Source of the DNA: Enoplolaimus lenunculus
Taxonomy: Eukaryota
Assembly (NCBI GenBank): GCA_030248215.1
Contig: JASANG010001013.1
Coordinates: forward strand, 124,001 to 188,000
Direction: 5' to 3'
DNA length: 64,000 nucleotides
Shown here: piece by piece, positions 11,206-22,727 of the stretch
How positions within the stretch are numbered: the stretch's first letter is position 1
Layout: each line of letters begins with the position of its first letter
Program-made: the position numbers and the translations under genes
The notes under the pieces: generated by a model
The model's database searches: none
Told to the model about the DNA's origin: nothing
The model's input: only the letters and a program-made list of their open reading frames with translations

Positions 11206-11414
11206 AAAACAATTTTACAATAGCACAGAATGCCAAAATACCAGACAGACAATGTGTTTTTAGTTCATGGTTCAAACTTAATGATTGAATATATAACGAG
11301 ATACAGAAACCGGTAAGGACAGACACAACATATGATTATATAATCAACAGACAACAGATGAGCAAATTTTAACTCGGTTTTCACTTGCCCGGTCACGTGC
11401 CATTCTGTCCTCCT

Positions 11415-11594
11415 AACAATGACAACAACAACAACAACAACAACAACAACCAACAACAACAACAACACCACCAACTACAACCACAGCAACAACAACAGCA
11501 AGAAGAAGAAGAACAACAACAACAACAAACAACAACAACAACAAACAACAACAACAACAACAGCAACAACAACCACAGCAACAACAACAGCAAG

Positions 11595-11627
<33 letters not shown>

Positions 11628-11762
11628 AATAATAATAATAATAATAATAACAACAACAACAACAACGACGACAACAAGCAACAACCACAGCAACAACAAC
11701 AGCAAGAAGAACAACAACAACAACAACAACAACAACCAACAACAACCAACAACAACAACAAC

Positions 11763-11793
<31 letters not shown>

Positions 11794-11865
11794 CAACAAC
11801 AACCAACAACAACGACGACGACGACGTCGACAACAAACAACAACACAACAACAACAACAGCAATA
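11415..11865. repeat. (AAC)n / (AAT)n trinucleotide microsatellite, ~450 bp
   Basis: Directly visible; source of the poly-N/Q/T/L/V/C ORFs. Confidence 0.97.
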
Positions 11866-11872
11866 AACTCAC

Positions 11873-12094
11873 TTTATCCGGCCGTGTGACTAACGCTGGA
11901 CCGTATCCATTCTGATCAGTGACCACAGCGACAGATGAGACGCCTCGTTTAATCGGAGCTGCTCGTGGTCCCGTAACAACAGATGTTGGCGAATATCGAA
12001 ATCGATCCGCGTCCATATCTTCAACGATGGTATTTTGAGTAATCACCGATGCTGAACTTGGATGACTTGTACCGTCAGAGCCAGGGCCACCACG
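11873..12094 (-). CDS. NCKX: Probable NCKX loop cassette exon (acceptor position uncertain)
   Basis: GC-richer open frame RGGPGSDGTSHPSSASVITQ...NGYGPALVTRPDK ending in strong donor AAA|GTGAGT (phase 0). The phase-0 acceptor I found is TTTAAG at 12095-12100; 222 nt, frame-preserving. Confidence 0.6.
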
Positions 12095-13902
12095 CTTAAA
12101 TACCCGTGTATACACAGGGGTCGTAGATTGTTTTGTAATGGATTTTGCTGCACTGGAGGTTGTATATAATCAACCTTGAACGAGGGGATGTGAGTGAAAT
12201 ACCCTGGCGGAAGTTAACAGGTTTAATGGCTTTAGTGAAATTTTATAAAATTATACTGGGTGATTTAAACAAAAACATTCGAAATAAAAAAGCTGGGGGG
12301 ATAAAAACATTTAAGTTTAAGACAGAAAAACAATTAAACATTTCCAACTGAAAATATTTCAAAATTTGTTCAGTTGAATCGAACGAGTGTTCAACTGACG
12401 TTGAAAACGAATCTCCAGAAGTAGGATTCTGGAAGCGAGAGAAAAATATAAGCATTTGTTACTGCGACACAATATAGAACAACGGTTAATACTTTCAAAG
12501 CGTATTATTCCCTAAACGCCACCAAAAGCTAACATTTCTAAACTGAAGCGACTAGAAATACAAACTATTTCGCTATTACAATGACCCCCATTTCTAAACC
12601 TGCGTTCAATTCAAAAATACGTTTTTTTGGCTGTAAATCTGAATTTAGATTCAGAATTTCAACATGACAACATTTCATTGGATTTAAACGATGTATTAAT
12701 TTTAATTTTAATTCAATTTCACTGTTTTAAAATGAAATCTCCCTCAAAAATATGGCTCATATCGTTTGAAAGATCCGTTGACTGTAAGCTAAAGAGGCCG
12801 CTTGTGGACCGGTCACAATTTTAGACCGCATCAAACTATTTTAGACAGTCAACAAACAGCCTGAAGACCTGCCACACTGACGCAGTTGTTGAAATGATTC
12901 TAATATTCAAGTATTTAAGGCTTAAATATGAATGCTAATCTTCATTCAGTAGAGATAAAATCACAACTGCCAGAGACCATCATCACAGCAACGGAGAACA
13001 TTAAAGCATTCAAAAATAGCAAATTATTCCAAGCATGCCTTTAGCGTTAAAATTTTCAAAAACTAAATGTGTTTCATGCGTTTTGACAACAGTGTTAGTC
13101 AAATATTAACCCCGTATTGTCAAATGTGTATAGCATCTATTATCAGTTGGTAAATAATTCCTGTATAACTTTCGAACCAGCACAACTCGACGTTCGAAAT
13201 ATCAGCGCATTGTTCGCGTTTGATTCGCCTTACTTTTGCGCAGATATTGAAATCTGCAATTGCACGATGTTTATTCAGTTGGAAAACTTATCGCTAACTG
13301 ATGATAGATGCTACACACATTTGAGAATATTGGTCTTAGAGCTGAAAAAAATCTAAAATTTTATTTCAATGCAACGAAACCGCAACGTGGAGTAGAACTG
13401 TAAATGAAACATTTCTACATCGTCAGATCTCGAACGCTTAAATTTTTGTGCGATACCTGGTATACACCAGTAGCTTACAATAATACGTTTTCTAGCTTAA
13501 CACTTAATTAATCTAGCTACGGTTGTAGCTGGAATTCATAATGCTTAATGCATTATACTCAAATATTATAGTGGAACAAATATTGAAATTACCTTAGTCA
13601 ATTAGCGACTTAATAGCATTGAAATAAATTAGCTGAAATCTAAACTATTAACGCTAAGTAAAAAACGGACGTAGGATACGGATACCATACAGGCAAAAAG
13701 ATATCTTTGAATATACCCCCGTAATAAGATATTTAGCGTGTTAGGTTTCTGGTTTGATATGTTATTCGAAAAAATATTACGACAAGGACCTTTGAACAAT
13801 CCAAATATAGACTCTTGTCTAAAAATTATCATCGACAACTGAACAAAATCTAGACCAATCAGAATTATTTGATATATTTAATTGCCCAAGCTTCATAAAG
13901 AG

Positions 13903-14146
13903 GGCCAGTGTAAAAGAACAGGAGCGGAACAGTATTATAAGCGTATTCTTAAGCCTAAGCCTAAGCCTAAGCCTAAGCCTAAGTCTAAGCCTAAGCATAA
14001 GCATAAGCCTAATCGTAAGAATGAGCATATTCCTAAGCCTAAGCCTAAGTCTAAGCCTAAGCTAAGCAAAAAAATAGTCTAAAGTTTAATGTTACACTAT
14101 TGCAGTCACACAGAAAACTGTTCCGCCCCTGATTTTTACATGGGTC
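13903..14146 (-). mobile_element. TTAGGC-array MITE (A1)
   Basis: Both TIRs; TSD ATAAAGAG/ATAAACAG. Confidence 0.88.
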
Positions 14147-14441
14147 ATAAACAGCATTGCCTTGATCTGCTATCGACTACAAGCTAAAAGCGGTGCAATC
14201 AGGGGCGTAGGCAACGTTTTGTTTTGTTGAGACATAAACATTTTGGGACGAATATTCCTTGGCGAACGTAGCGAGTGACAAAAATTGATTACCGATCCAG
14301 CAGATATTAGTGCAAATGTTAGAAATATACTTATTTCTCGTTTGTGCACAAATTTCACGATGATATTCGTCCGAATATACGCCCCTGAGAGTACGTTACA
14401 GAATAAGTTGCACAATTTCAAGAACAATAAAATTCACTTAC

Positions 14442-14563
14442 CTTTGCCGGATCTTGTTGGCCAACTATCGGATTGTATTCACCGAGTTCAGTTCCGGATC
14501 CGGCTTTGTCTGCGCCACCAGCGAAATGGGACGTGTGTTCGTTGTTGTCAGGAGTTCCAGGCA
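14442..14563 (-). CDS. NCKX: NCKX coding exon 4 (loop)
   Basis: TTTTAG|TG CCT GGA...GCA AAG|GTAAGT; open frame VPGTPDNNEHTSHFAGGADKAGSGTELGEYNPIVGQQDPAK; phase 1 in, phase 0 out. Confidence 0.8.
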
Positions 14564-16194
14564 CTAAAATTTAAAATAGACAAACGGTATGCTTGCTGGA
14601 AATATAGCATTACGAACACAATTTTAACCTTGGGTTTAACAATAGTTATCAGTTGGCGATAAAGTCTTGTAACTTTTTAACCAAACATTTATAATTGTTT
14701 AGAAATAATTTGGAAAAACATTATGTTAGTTATTTTTTCAGTATTTTGCGGCTTAAAAGTATTTTCGACAGTAAGCTCGTAGGCTTCTAGATCTATAACC
14801 GGGATTAACAGTTAGGCTTTGATTTTACAGTTTCAGTATATTTAAAATAAAATATGGCACGAAATCAATATTCTTTGGTTTTATTTCACATTTTTATATT
14901 GTTTTGTTTACACTGCTTCGAGTAGATATATGTTCATTACAAAACAAATTATTGATATTAATGGTTCACAACACATCCCCAGTTGAAATGATATATGTTA
15001 GCATGCCTTAGAAATAGATATTTCGATATTTGTTGCCAGGGGTGGCACAGTCCAGTTTTAAACTGCGGAAATGGTTATTTTAAAATTTGCCCCCCCCCCC
15101 TCAGAAAGTTTTAATACGCGTCGACCATACAAGATTACCTCTGCCCACCCAGTTTTTACCAAAGCGATACTTATACAGGATATTTAGAGTTGAAAATTGA
15201 TTCGTTAATCCAAACTCGCGTCAATGGCTTTTATCACAAAAAAAATTTATTTTCGTTATTAAATTCATGCGCTGTTTACAATAATTTTGTCAACGGTAAG
15301 ACACAAAAACTGTTAGGGTTGCGCCGTACTTTGGTTGACGTTCGGCGTCGTCTGTCACCGTGCGGTTTCGTACGCAAATAACACAGGTACGATAACGTAT
15401 AGTGACGGACGGCGCCGGACGTTAAGTATAGCGCAACCCTGATAGACTAAACAAATGGATTGATACTCAATACAGATTTGGAAATTGTGCGTTGAATCTG
15501 AACTAAAAATGTCATTGAAGCCTATTTCGAAACATTTATGACACGGTATAAGTAAGAGCTGTTAGCATTGTGGGAATGCAATTGCACTATATATTCAATA
15601 CTTGTAAGCAATATGCGTGTGCCAACCAATAGACTAACGACCTTAGTCGCAGTTCTTGTGGAGTGTTTGTGGTGTCAGGGTAGAGCGTTCGTCTAAACAC
15701 CTATGGGTCATGTGGTCAAGCCACTCCGAGTATGTTTTTCTAGCTTACAAGGTCAGCGTCAAACATTTATTAATATTGGAAATATTTCAGCTAATGCGAA
15801 AAACATAAAAACGATGATTATAATTATTAATTCTAGCAATACTGTTAACAAAGCCTCGTATTCTCAAATGCGCATAGCAGCTATCACCAGGTATCAATAT
15901 GAGTTCAAACAAGCGACCTCCAGCAGCTGTGGATCTCAAAATTTTTCATTTCAGTAGGAAAAAAAGGAAATTACTGCCAACTGATGATAGGTGCTATGCA
16001 CATTTGAGAATTTTTGCAATTCCTTTAGTAGTAAATTAAGAATTGTGAAATATATCTATTCTATAAGTGTGAAACCCGAGTGCATTTATATATTAAAATA
16101 TTTAATAACAGCCCGAAACTAAAAACAAATAAAAATAATTTATTTCTTAAAATAATAAAAATAAATGTATGCAAAAATACTGTAAAGAATCAAA

Positions 16195-16935
16195 GGTCCG
16201 TGTTACTTTAAGCGGCATTCAGGTTTCTGGTGGGTCTATAAAAGAATAGGTTTAGATTCTAGATTACATTTTTTTCGCTTAGGCTTAAGCTTACGAACGC
16301 ATTTTTGCAACGCTAAGGCTTAGGCTTAGGCTTAGGAACACATTTTTGCAACGATTAGGCTTGGGCTTAGGCTTAGGAACACATTTTTGCAACGAATAGG
16401 CTTAGGCTTAGGCTTAGGAACACATTTTTGCAACGATTAGGCTTAGGCTTAGGCTTAGGAACACATTTTTGCAACGATTAGGCTTAGGCTTAGGCTTAGG
16501 AACACATTTTTGCAACGATTAGGCTTGGGCTTAGGCTTAGGAACACATTTTTGCAACGATTAGGCTTAGTCTTAGTCTTAGCAACACATTTTTGCAACGA
16601 TTAGGCTTAGTCTTAGTCTTAGGAACACATTTTTGCAACGATTAGGCTTAGGCTTAGGTTTAGGAACACATTTTTGCAACGATTAGGCTTAGTCTTAGGT
16701 TTAGGAACACATTTTTGCAACGATTAGGCTTAGTCTTAGTCTTAGCAACACATTTTTGCAACGATTAGGCTTAGGCTTAGGCTTAGGAACACATTTTTGC
16801 AACGATTAGGCTTAGGCTTAGGTTTAGGAATACATTTTTGCAACGATTAGGCTTAGGAACACCTTTTTGCCACGCTTAGGTTTACGCTTAGGAATACGCT
16901 TAATCTACTGTTCGCCAATAAAACTAACATTGACC
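16195..16935 (+). mobile_element. TTAGGC-array MITE (A3) with 41-bp higher-order array
   Basis: Exact TSD GAATCAAA; about 13 units of (TTAGGC)3TTAGGAACACATTTTTGCAACGA. Confidence 0.9.
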
Positions 16936-17192
16936 GAATCAAAACAGACGGAATGACCCAAACACCAAAACCGAAACCAGACCGAGGGTAAGCAGCCTAT
17001 GGCTTTCAAAGATTTACAAAAATTTAATTTAGAAAAACAAATTTACGCGTTTGTGCTGCCCTTGGCAAATCAGAATGTTGGTTATGCCACTATTACAAAA
17101 CTTGCAATTCACTATATCTATCCATTCCTATAAAAGTATGATTAGCACAAAATCTTCAATGGACATCAAAGTTGTTATATCTTGTGAGATTC

Positions 17193-17404
17193 GGCCAACG
17201 TAAAGAACATGGGCGGAACAGTATTATAAACATATTCCTAAGCCTAAGCTTAAGTCTAAGCTTGAGCCTAAGCGTAAAAATGAGCATATTCCTAAGTCTA
17301 AGCCTAAACCTAATCCTAAGCTAAGCAAAAAATAGTCTAAAGCTCAAGCTTACTACTTCCTTGCCCCAGAGAAAAACGTTCCGCTCCTGATCTTTACATG
17401 GGCC
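17193..17404 (-). mobile_element. TTAGGC-array MITE (A1)
   Basis: Both TIRs; flanks TGAGATTC/CGAGATCC. Confidence 0.85.
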
Positions 17405-17696
17405 CGAGATCCAAGTATTTATAGTCAACCAGTGATGATAAAACATTGTTTATCTGAAAATCTCAAATTTAAATTCAAGCTTGAAATTTGATATCAGATG
17501 AAATATAAAAATATTCATGCGAGAAAGGGTTATGCTATTCTAATCATAGGTGCATGGGGGTGCAAAAAATTACTAATCTACATATGCGATTATCTGTATG
17601 AGTAAAAGCAAGCGGGAGTGAAAATATTGACGGAATTTCAGGGTCGCATGCTGGCAGTGATCCGAAAAATTGAAGGGGGTCGCGGTTAAGAGGTAC

Positions 17697-18101
17697 CTGC
17701 AAAATCGGACACAAAACCGCCATTTTCAACACCGTTATGCTTGACAAGTGGCTTGATTGCGTTTGGATTATTATTATTGTTATTGTTATTATTATTATTA
17801 TTATTTCCAGGAAGAGGTCCGCCAAGAGTCGTTGTAATCGTCGAGCTACTGGTGACACCAGTCATACCTGGGGGACGAAATGACGAAGCGGCTCCACCTG
17901 CGCCACTTCCGATCGCAGTTGCATAATTAGGCGGACCTCCCCCAGGGCTCATAGAAGTTGAAACAGGGGCGGAATTAGGGCCTGTTGTCGTTGTTGTCGT
18001 TGTGGCGACGTTATTTTGAGGACCACGGGGTGACGCGTCTGCGTTGATTATTGTGACCGATGCCACAGCTCGTAAACGGACTATTTTGTCGTTTGCTTCC
18101 A
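17697..18101 (-). CDS. NCKX: NCKX coding exon 3 (loop; XIP-like 'KIVRLRAVASV', poly-Thr and poly-Asn)
   Basis: TTTCAG|TG GAA GCA...GCA G|GTACCT; phase 1/1 matches neighbours; lies inside the 146-aa ORF. The donor is weaker than the others. Confidence 0.8.
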
Positions 18102-20481
18102 CTGAAATTTGCTTTACATCACTCATGATACAAATTTAAACTAGTATCTTGATATATACACATATATATAAATATATAAATATATATATGTGTGTGTACG
18201 ATACCGTACGGTGACGTACAACGACGTTAGACATTACAAATCTTTTGAACCAGGACAGCGCCACCCACCCTTACACTTCGTTGACATTTATTTGTCTCAA
18301 AAAAAGTCAATTATGATTTTGTTGACCAACAGAAAATACGGTGAAACAGTGTTTCATTGGATGAATTGTTTCAGCTGATGATTACGCAGCGAAAATTAGC
18401 AAAAAAACCCAGTATCAGCAACAAGTTCAATCTGATTGCTTGACCTAGAAAACCAGTGTTCTTCTACAGTTAAATAATTTACGCATTCACTAATAAAAAC
18501 ACGTTTCGCACTTAAAATTTAAGCCATATTGACACGTGCCGGCCAGTTTTGTTGCGGGAACTTGTAGATCCAATTTGCATTTGCAAATTTTGTCCAAAAT
18601 CCCGTTTGAAAAACTTGCAGCTGCAAATAATTCATTAAAAATCGTAGCTAGGAATTTAAATTCACATGTGTGAACAACCATACAAGTTTACTGAATTTAT
18701 TGCATCTGCTCTCTCATTGGCTGATGTAAAAAGTGCAAGTTCTGCGTGAAATCGGCAGCTGTAAGTTCTCGCAGCAAACACTTGCACGTGTGAATACGGG
18801 CTTCACGCTAAACAGTTTTCTATTGGCTACTTAAAATTGAAGCGGCGAAACAGATAAAGCCAGATGTGTTTTCATTGGCTAATAACAATTTTGAATTTTA
18901 ATTCGTCGTCAAACAGGTATTTTTGCAAATTTGAGGGCCATTACTTCAAATACTTTGCCAAAAGGTCCATCAGTTATTTAAATATTATACTCTGCAATAT
19001 CTTGCGTACACCAGGTAACTTATTAGTTGTTGCAAAGTACTGTTTTTTCCTGATATCTCTGATTAAATCAAAGTAAACTTTAATCTATTCGTATTATCAA
19101 CCCTACTAAAGTTTTGAAATTGCCTGAATAAGCACTAGAAATACGCTTTTAAGATTCTACTAAATGTATTTCTATTTAGAACGGAACAGCCGCTACTGAC
19201 GCTCAAGAATAAGCAGTTAGCAAAAGATATTGTTCAGAAACATAAGCAAAGGATCAAACTGCTGCACACAAGGCATATTAAAGCTTAGTACTACCACTAG
19301 CGAATCCGTAAGACGGTGGGTGAGAGTCGTACGACCCCCGTTCTGAAAATATTTGTAATAAATTGGTAAGGTGCCGCCTATGGTAACAATTTTTTCCGTC
19401 ATAAAATTGGCACATATATTCAGTAAAAAGTTGTGCCTAACATTTGTCAGCTCGCTCTTAAGTCAGAAATTTCTGGATTCGCCACTGGATGCTGCATATT
19501 AGTAAGAAACGAATTCTGCTGAATTGCGCAAACTTGACTTTAAAATATATTTTAATGTCGGAATTTAACTCAAATTTTGTTTCTATATTTTGTAATGTCA
19601 GAGTTTTAAGAACGTAAGACACGAATAAAATAGTAATTAAGCCAAGCCGTGGTTGATTTATGCTTAATTTATAAGCGGTATTAAATGTTAAAGGTCGCCT
19701 TAAATAAGTCATGTCTTTGCAATCCAGTCGTTTTAGGATTAGTTTAAGCAAGAGTGGATAATCGCTATTTTACAAGAGTGTGCAACTGGGCACATTCTGC
19801 GTAGAAACGAATGTAGTCGGCATGCGTTGCGTTTTTGCCCTGCCCCCCTTTGTTTAGAGGGGAGTACAACTGGTGCGAACCATGACACTTTAAGTAGGCG
19901 GCGTCAAAGATGCTTGTCTTATAGTTTAATTTAGGGGTAACCCCCTCTAAACAAGAGGTGGTCGGCGAAAACCGCAACATCCGGTGGTACGTTTTGTTCC
20001 ATGCGGAACCCCAAGAGTTGCACACTCTTGTATCATGTACTCTTGGGTTAAGCCAGCAATTTAAGCCAGTTTTCGTTTATATACGAGAAGCAACACCGGG
20101 TATATCAAAGATGGTTTGTCTAAACACTGCAAAACATCTAAATTCACACCGCAATTTGTCTACAATAATTTGCATACGCCACGTAATTTATAGGCGATAA
20201 ATTCGTACCTCTTAGCGTTTCGCTGCACTAGAAGTGCGAGTATAATGCGAGTCTGAGATGGATTGATCCCATCCTGAACAGCGATGAGCGGAGTAGTATA
20301 ACTAGACGCTGTAGCCAATTTGGATCCAACATAAGGGTATCCGCAAACGATGGGTGCCAAACACTTTAGTCAACTGGTACCAACCTTATAGTATCATTTG
20401 GCCAGGGCCTATTTGAAAATTTACAAATTTGACTTAAAGGGATCAAAGCGTTAATCCAAATCTATCCCAGAGTGTTGACTA

Positions 20482-20922
20482 CTGTGGTGACTCGAATAAG
20501 AGAGGGATGGCTGATATTTAGTCCGCTTATCCACAGGGAATCCTTTCACTATTCGGTTTCGGAGTGTTATTTTCAATTCAGCTCAAGTGTGATTTTGGAC
20601 CACAAATTTTTAACTTTTGTGACAGCCATACCAGTTTCTATGGTTTAAGTTCATTATCTTACGAATATAAATTGAAGGGTTATGTATGCTGCTATGTATA
20701 TAGGTATGATAGCTCGAGTATCGATTCAAATTCGGTACTGAACATAATTTGGTCCAGGAAGCATTTATGCAGTCTAACAAGAGTATTGATGTTTATGCAC
20801 TAATTAGTATCGACTATATCAATTTACAGACTCTAATTAGGGAAATAGACTCCTATTGATTCAGACTCAAAATAACGACTCCAAACTTTTATTATCGGCC
20901 CTTCTTATTCTGGTCACTAGAG
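20482..20922. mobile_element. Family B MITE, diverged
   Basis: TA|CTGTGGTGACTCGAATAAGAG...CTTATTCTGGTCACTAGAG|TA. Confidence 0.75.
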
Positions 20923-22378
20923 TATGTTTAACTTCTGGCAAAACTGGTTCAATGAATTTCTATAACGAGCTTTTAGCAACGTTAATTTTGTAACATGTTC
21001 TATCGCTCTTAAATTTCGTGATGTTAATAGTGACAAAAGTTTAGGTTTCACAAATTTCAAATATCTGCAAAATATTCTGTATTTTCCACAAAACTTTCTT
21101 TACGTATTTTATGCATCATCCACTTTATCTTGCGATCGCTTTGCAAAAAATCATTTTGTAAAATTCAGAAAGCAAAATAGCAGGATCACAAACTTGAGCT
21201 CAGGGCCGACACAAACTTCGGAGTGGTTCTCTGCAGGAACACCAAGCCTGTAGCCAGTCAAACTTAATAGAGTGAGCTATAAAAGTTGAGTTAAACTTGA
21301 GCAATTTTTTGGTATTTTTACATTTGAAGCTTAAACTATTTTTGGGGGTAACCAAAGTTTTTCTGGGTGGGTTGAGTTTGCTGGCCCCCTGCGGCTACAA
21401 GCCAAAGGAACACCAACAGCAATGAGTAAGTAGACAGGGAGACACACGCGAATGAAACTTACACGACCTTTTAGCTACGCTTGTTTTAGCTATCGGTGCT
21501 TCGTCTAAAAGATTTTATGTGTTTAATACGTTTTCGCTAAAATTGTTCAAAAGCCTATGACCATATTCTCAAATGTGTATAGCATCTATCACCAGTTTGG
21601 GATCCGTCCGGTATAACATTTGAATAAAGAAATTACAAAATTCTAGAATTTTAGCACATTTTTAATTGTTCTTCTTTTATACAAAAATTTCAAAATTGCA
21701 AATCACATTTTGCTCCATTGGAATCCTGTTGTACAAACTGGTTATAGGTGCTACACGCATTTGATAAAATAATGTAAATTGATAGAAAATTAGGTTTGAT
21801 TATAAACAGGTCAGATATTTTACTTTATTTTAATATTTTTTTGCGAAAATAATTTTTCTGAAAATACTTTTAGTGCGTTAAAATTGAAATATTTCGCTTC
21901 ACAGTGCAAAATATGATGAATCAAATTGACTCTCTCCGAAATTGGCTCTAGGAGTGTGCAAACTGAGTCAAATGCGACTCCACCAGAGTCAAACGTGCGA
22001 CTCAGCGAGTCAAATTTGACTCTGGCGGATTCGAATTTCACTCAATTTGTGTAGTCCCGTCGAACCTATCTCGGAGAGAGTCAATTTGACTCACCTTTTT
22101 TTGCAGTGCACATGGTATATATTGTGCAACAACAATGCATAAAAGCAACCCACGTCTATAAAATTGAATTTTGAACGTTGTGTCTGCACCTGATTAACCT
22201 TATCACAATCTGAATTTCACCAAACCAGCCCCATCAATTCTATTGTAATTCAATTCGAAGTTGTTTTTAATTTTTAGTGTCAAATGTGAATAATTTAAAT
22301 ACTTTAAGTAAAATTTCAGAAACTTTTAATCAAATTACACAAATTTGACCAATGGTCACATCTCAGTTCATGACTTAC

Positions 22379-22529
22379 ATTCGCTGAGTGGATCCAAAGT
22401 GTGAACCATGAGTTGAACGATGCCGTTACGAAACATGGACCCGCCGTGAATCATTGGAGTTGAAGGCCGCCTCCGGCCTGATTTTGTCCGAGTCCACATT
22501 TGCGAGTTTCTATCTCCTGCATTGACGGC
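22379..22529 (-). CDS. NCKX: NCKX coding exon 2 (start of cytosolic loop)
   Basis: TTTCCAG|GCC...GAA T|GTAAGT; encodes AVNAGDRNSQ...HGGSMFRNGIVQLMVHTLDPLSE, the conserved NCKX loop motif; phase 0 in, phase 1 out. Confidence 0.92.
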
Positions 22530-22727
22530 CTGGAAACAAAAATGCATTAGCAAACACATCGATCACATAGCTTAGTATATAATAAAATTAACTGAAAATA
22601 TATTCCTGTCTCAGTGTCTTGCAGTAGGCATATCTCAACACTCGACATGGGGGGGGCGAAATTATTTATACCGACACCGTTGGACCTTCCGGCTCCGTTC
22701 TATACCGTCCTAAAATTGCAAACTTAC

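Noticed and set aside
11385..11915. Poly-N/Q/T/L/V/C ORFs in several frames
   Set aside because: Stop-free (AAC)n microsatellite; only 11873-12094 on the minus strand looks exonic.
16300..16880. CRISPR-like repeat/spacer appearance (also 4190-4715, 26098-26490, 36693-37154)
   Set aside because: The spacers are identical or homologous, there are no cas genes and the context is a eukaryotic intron or intergenic region; these are tandem repeats.
19765..20360. Possible transposase or retroelement remnant
   Set aside because: No catalytic or domain motif is recognisable in any frame; blastx would be needed.
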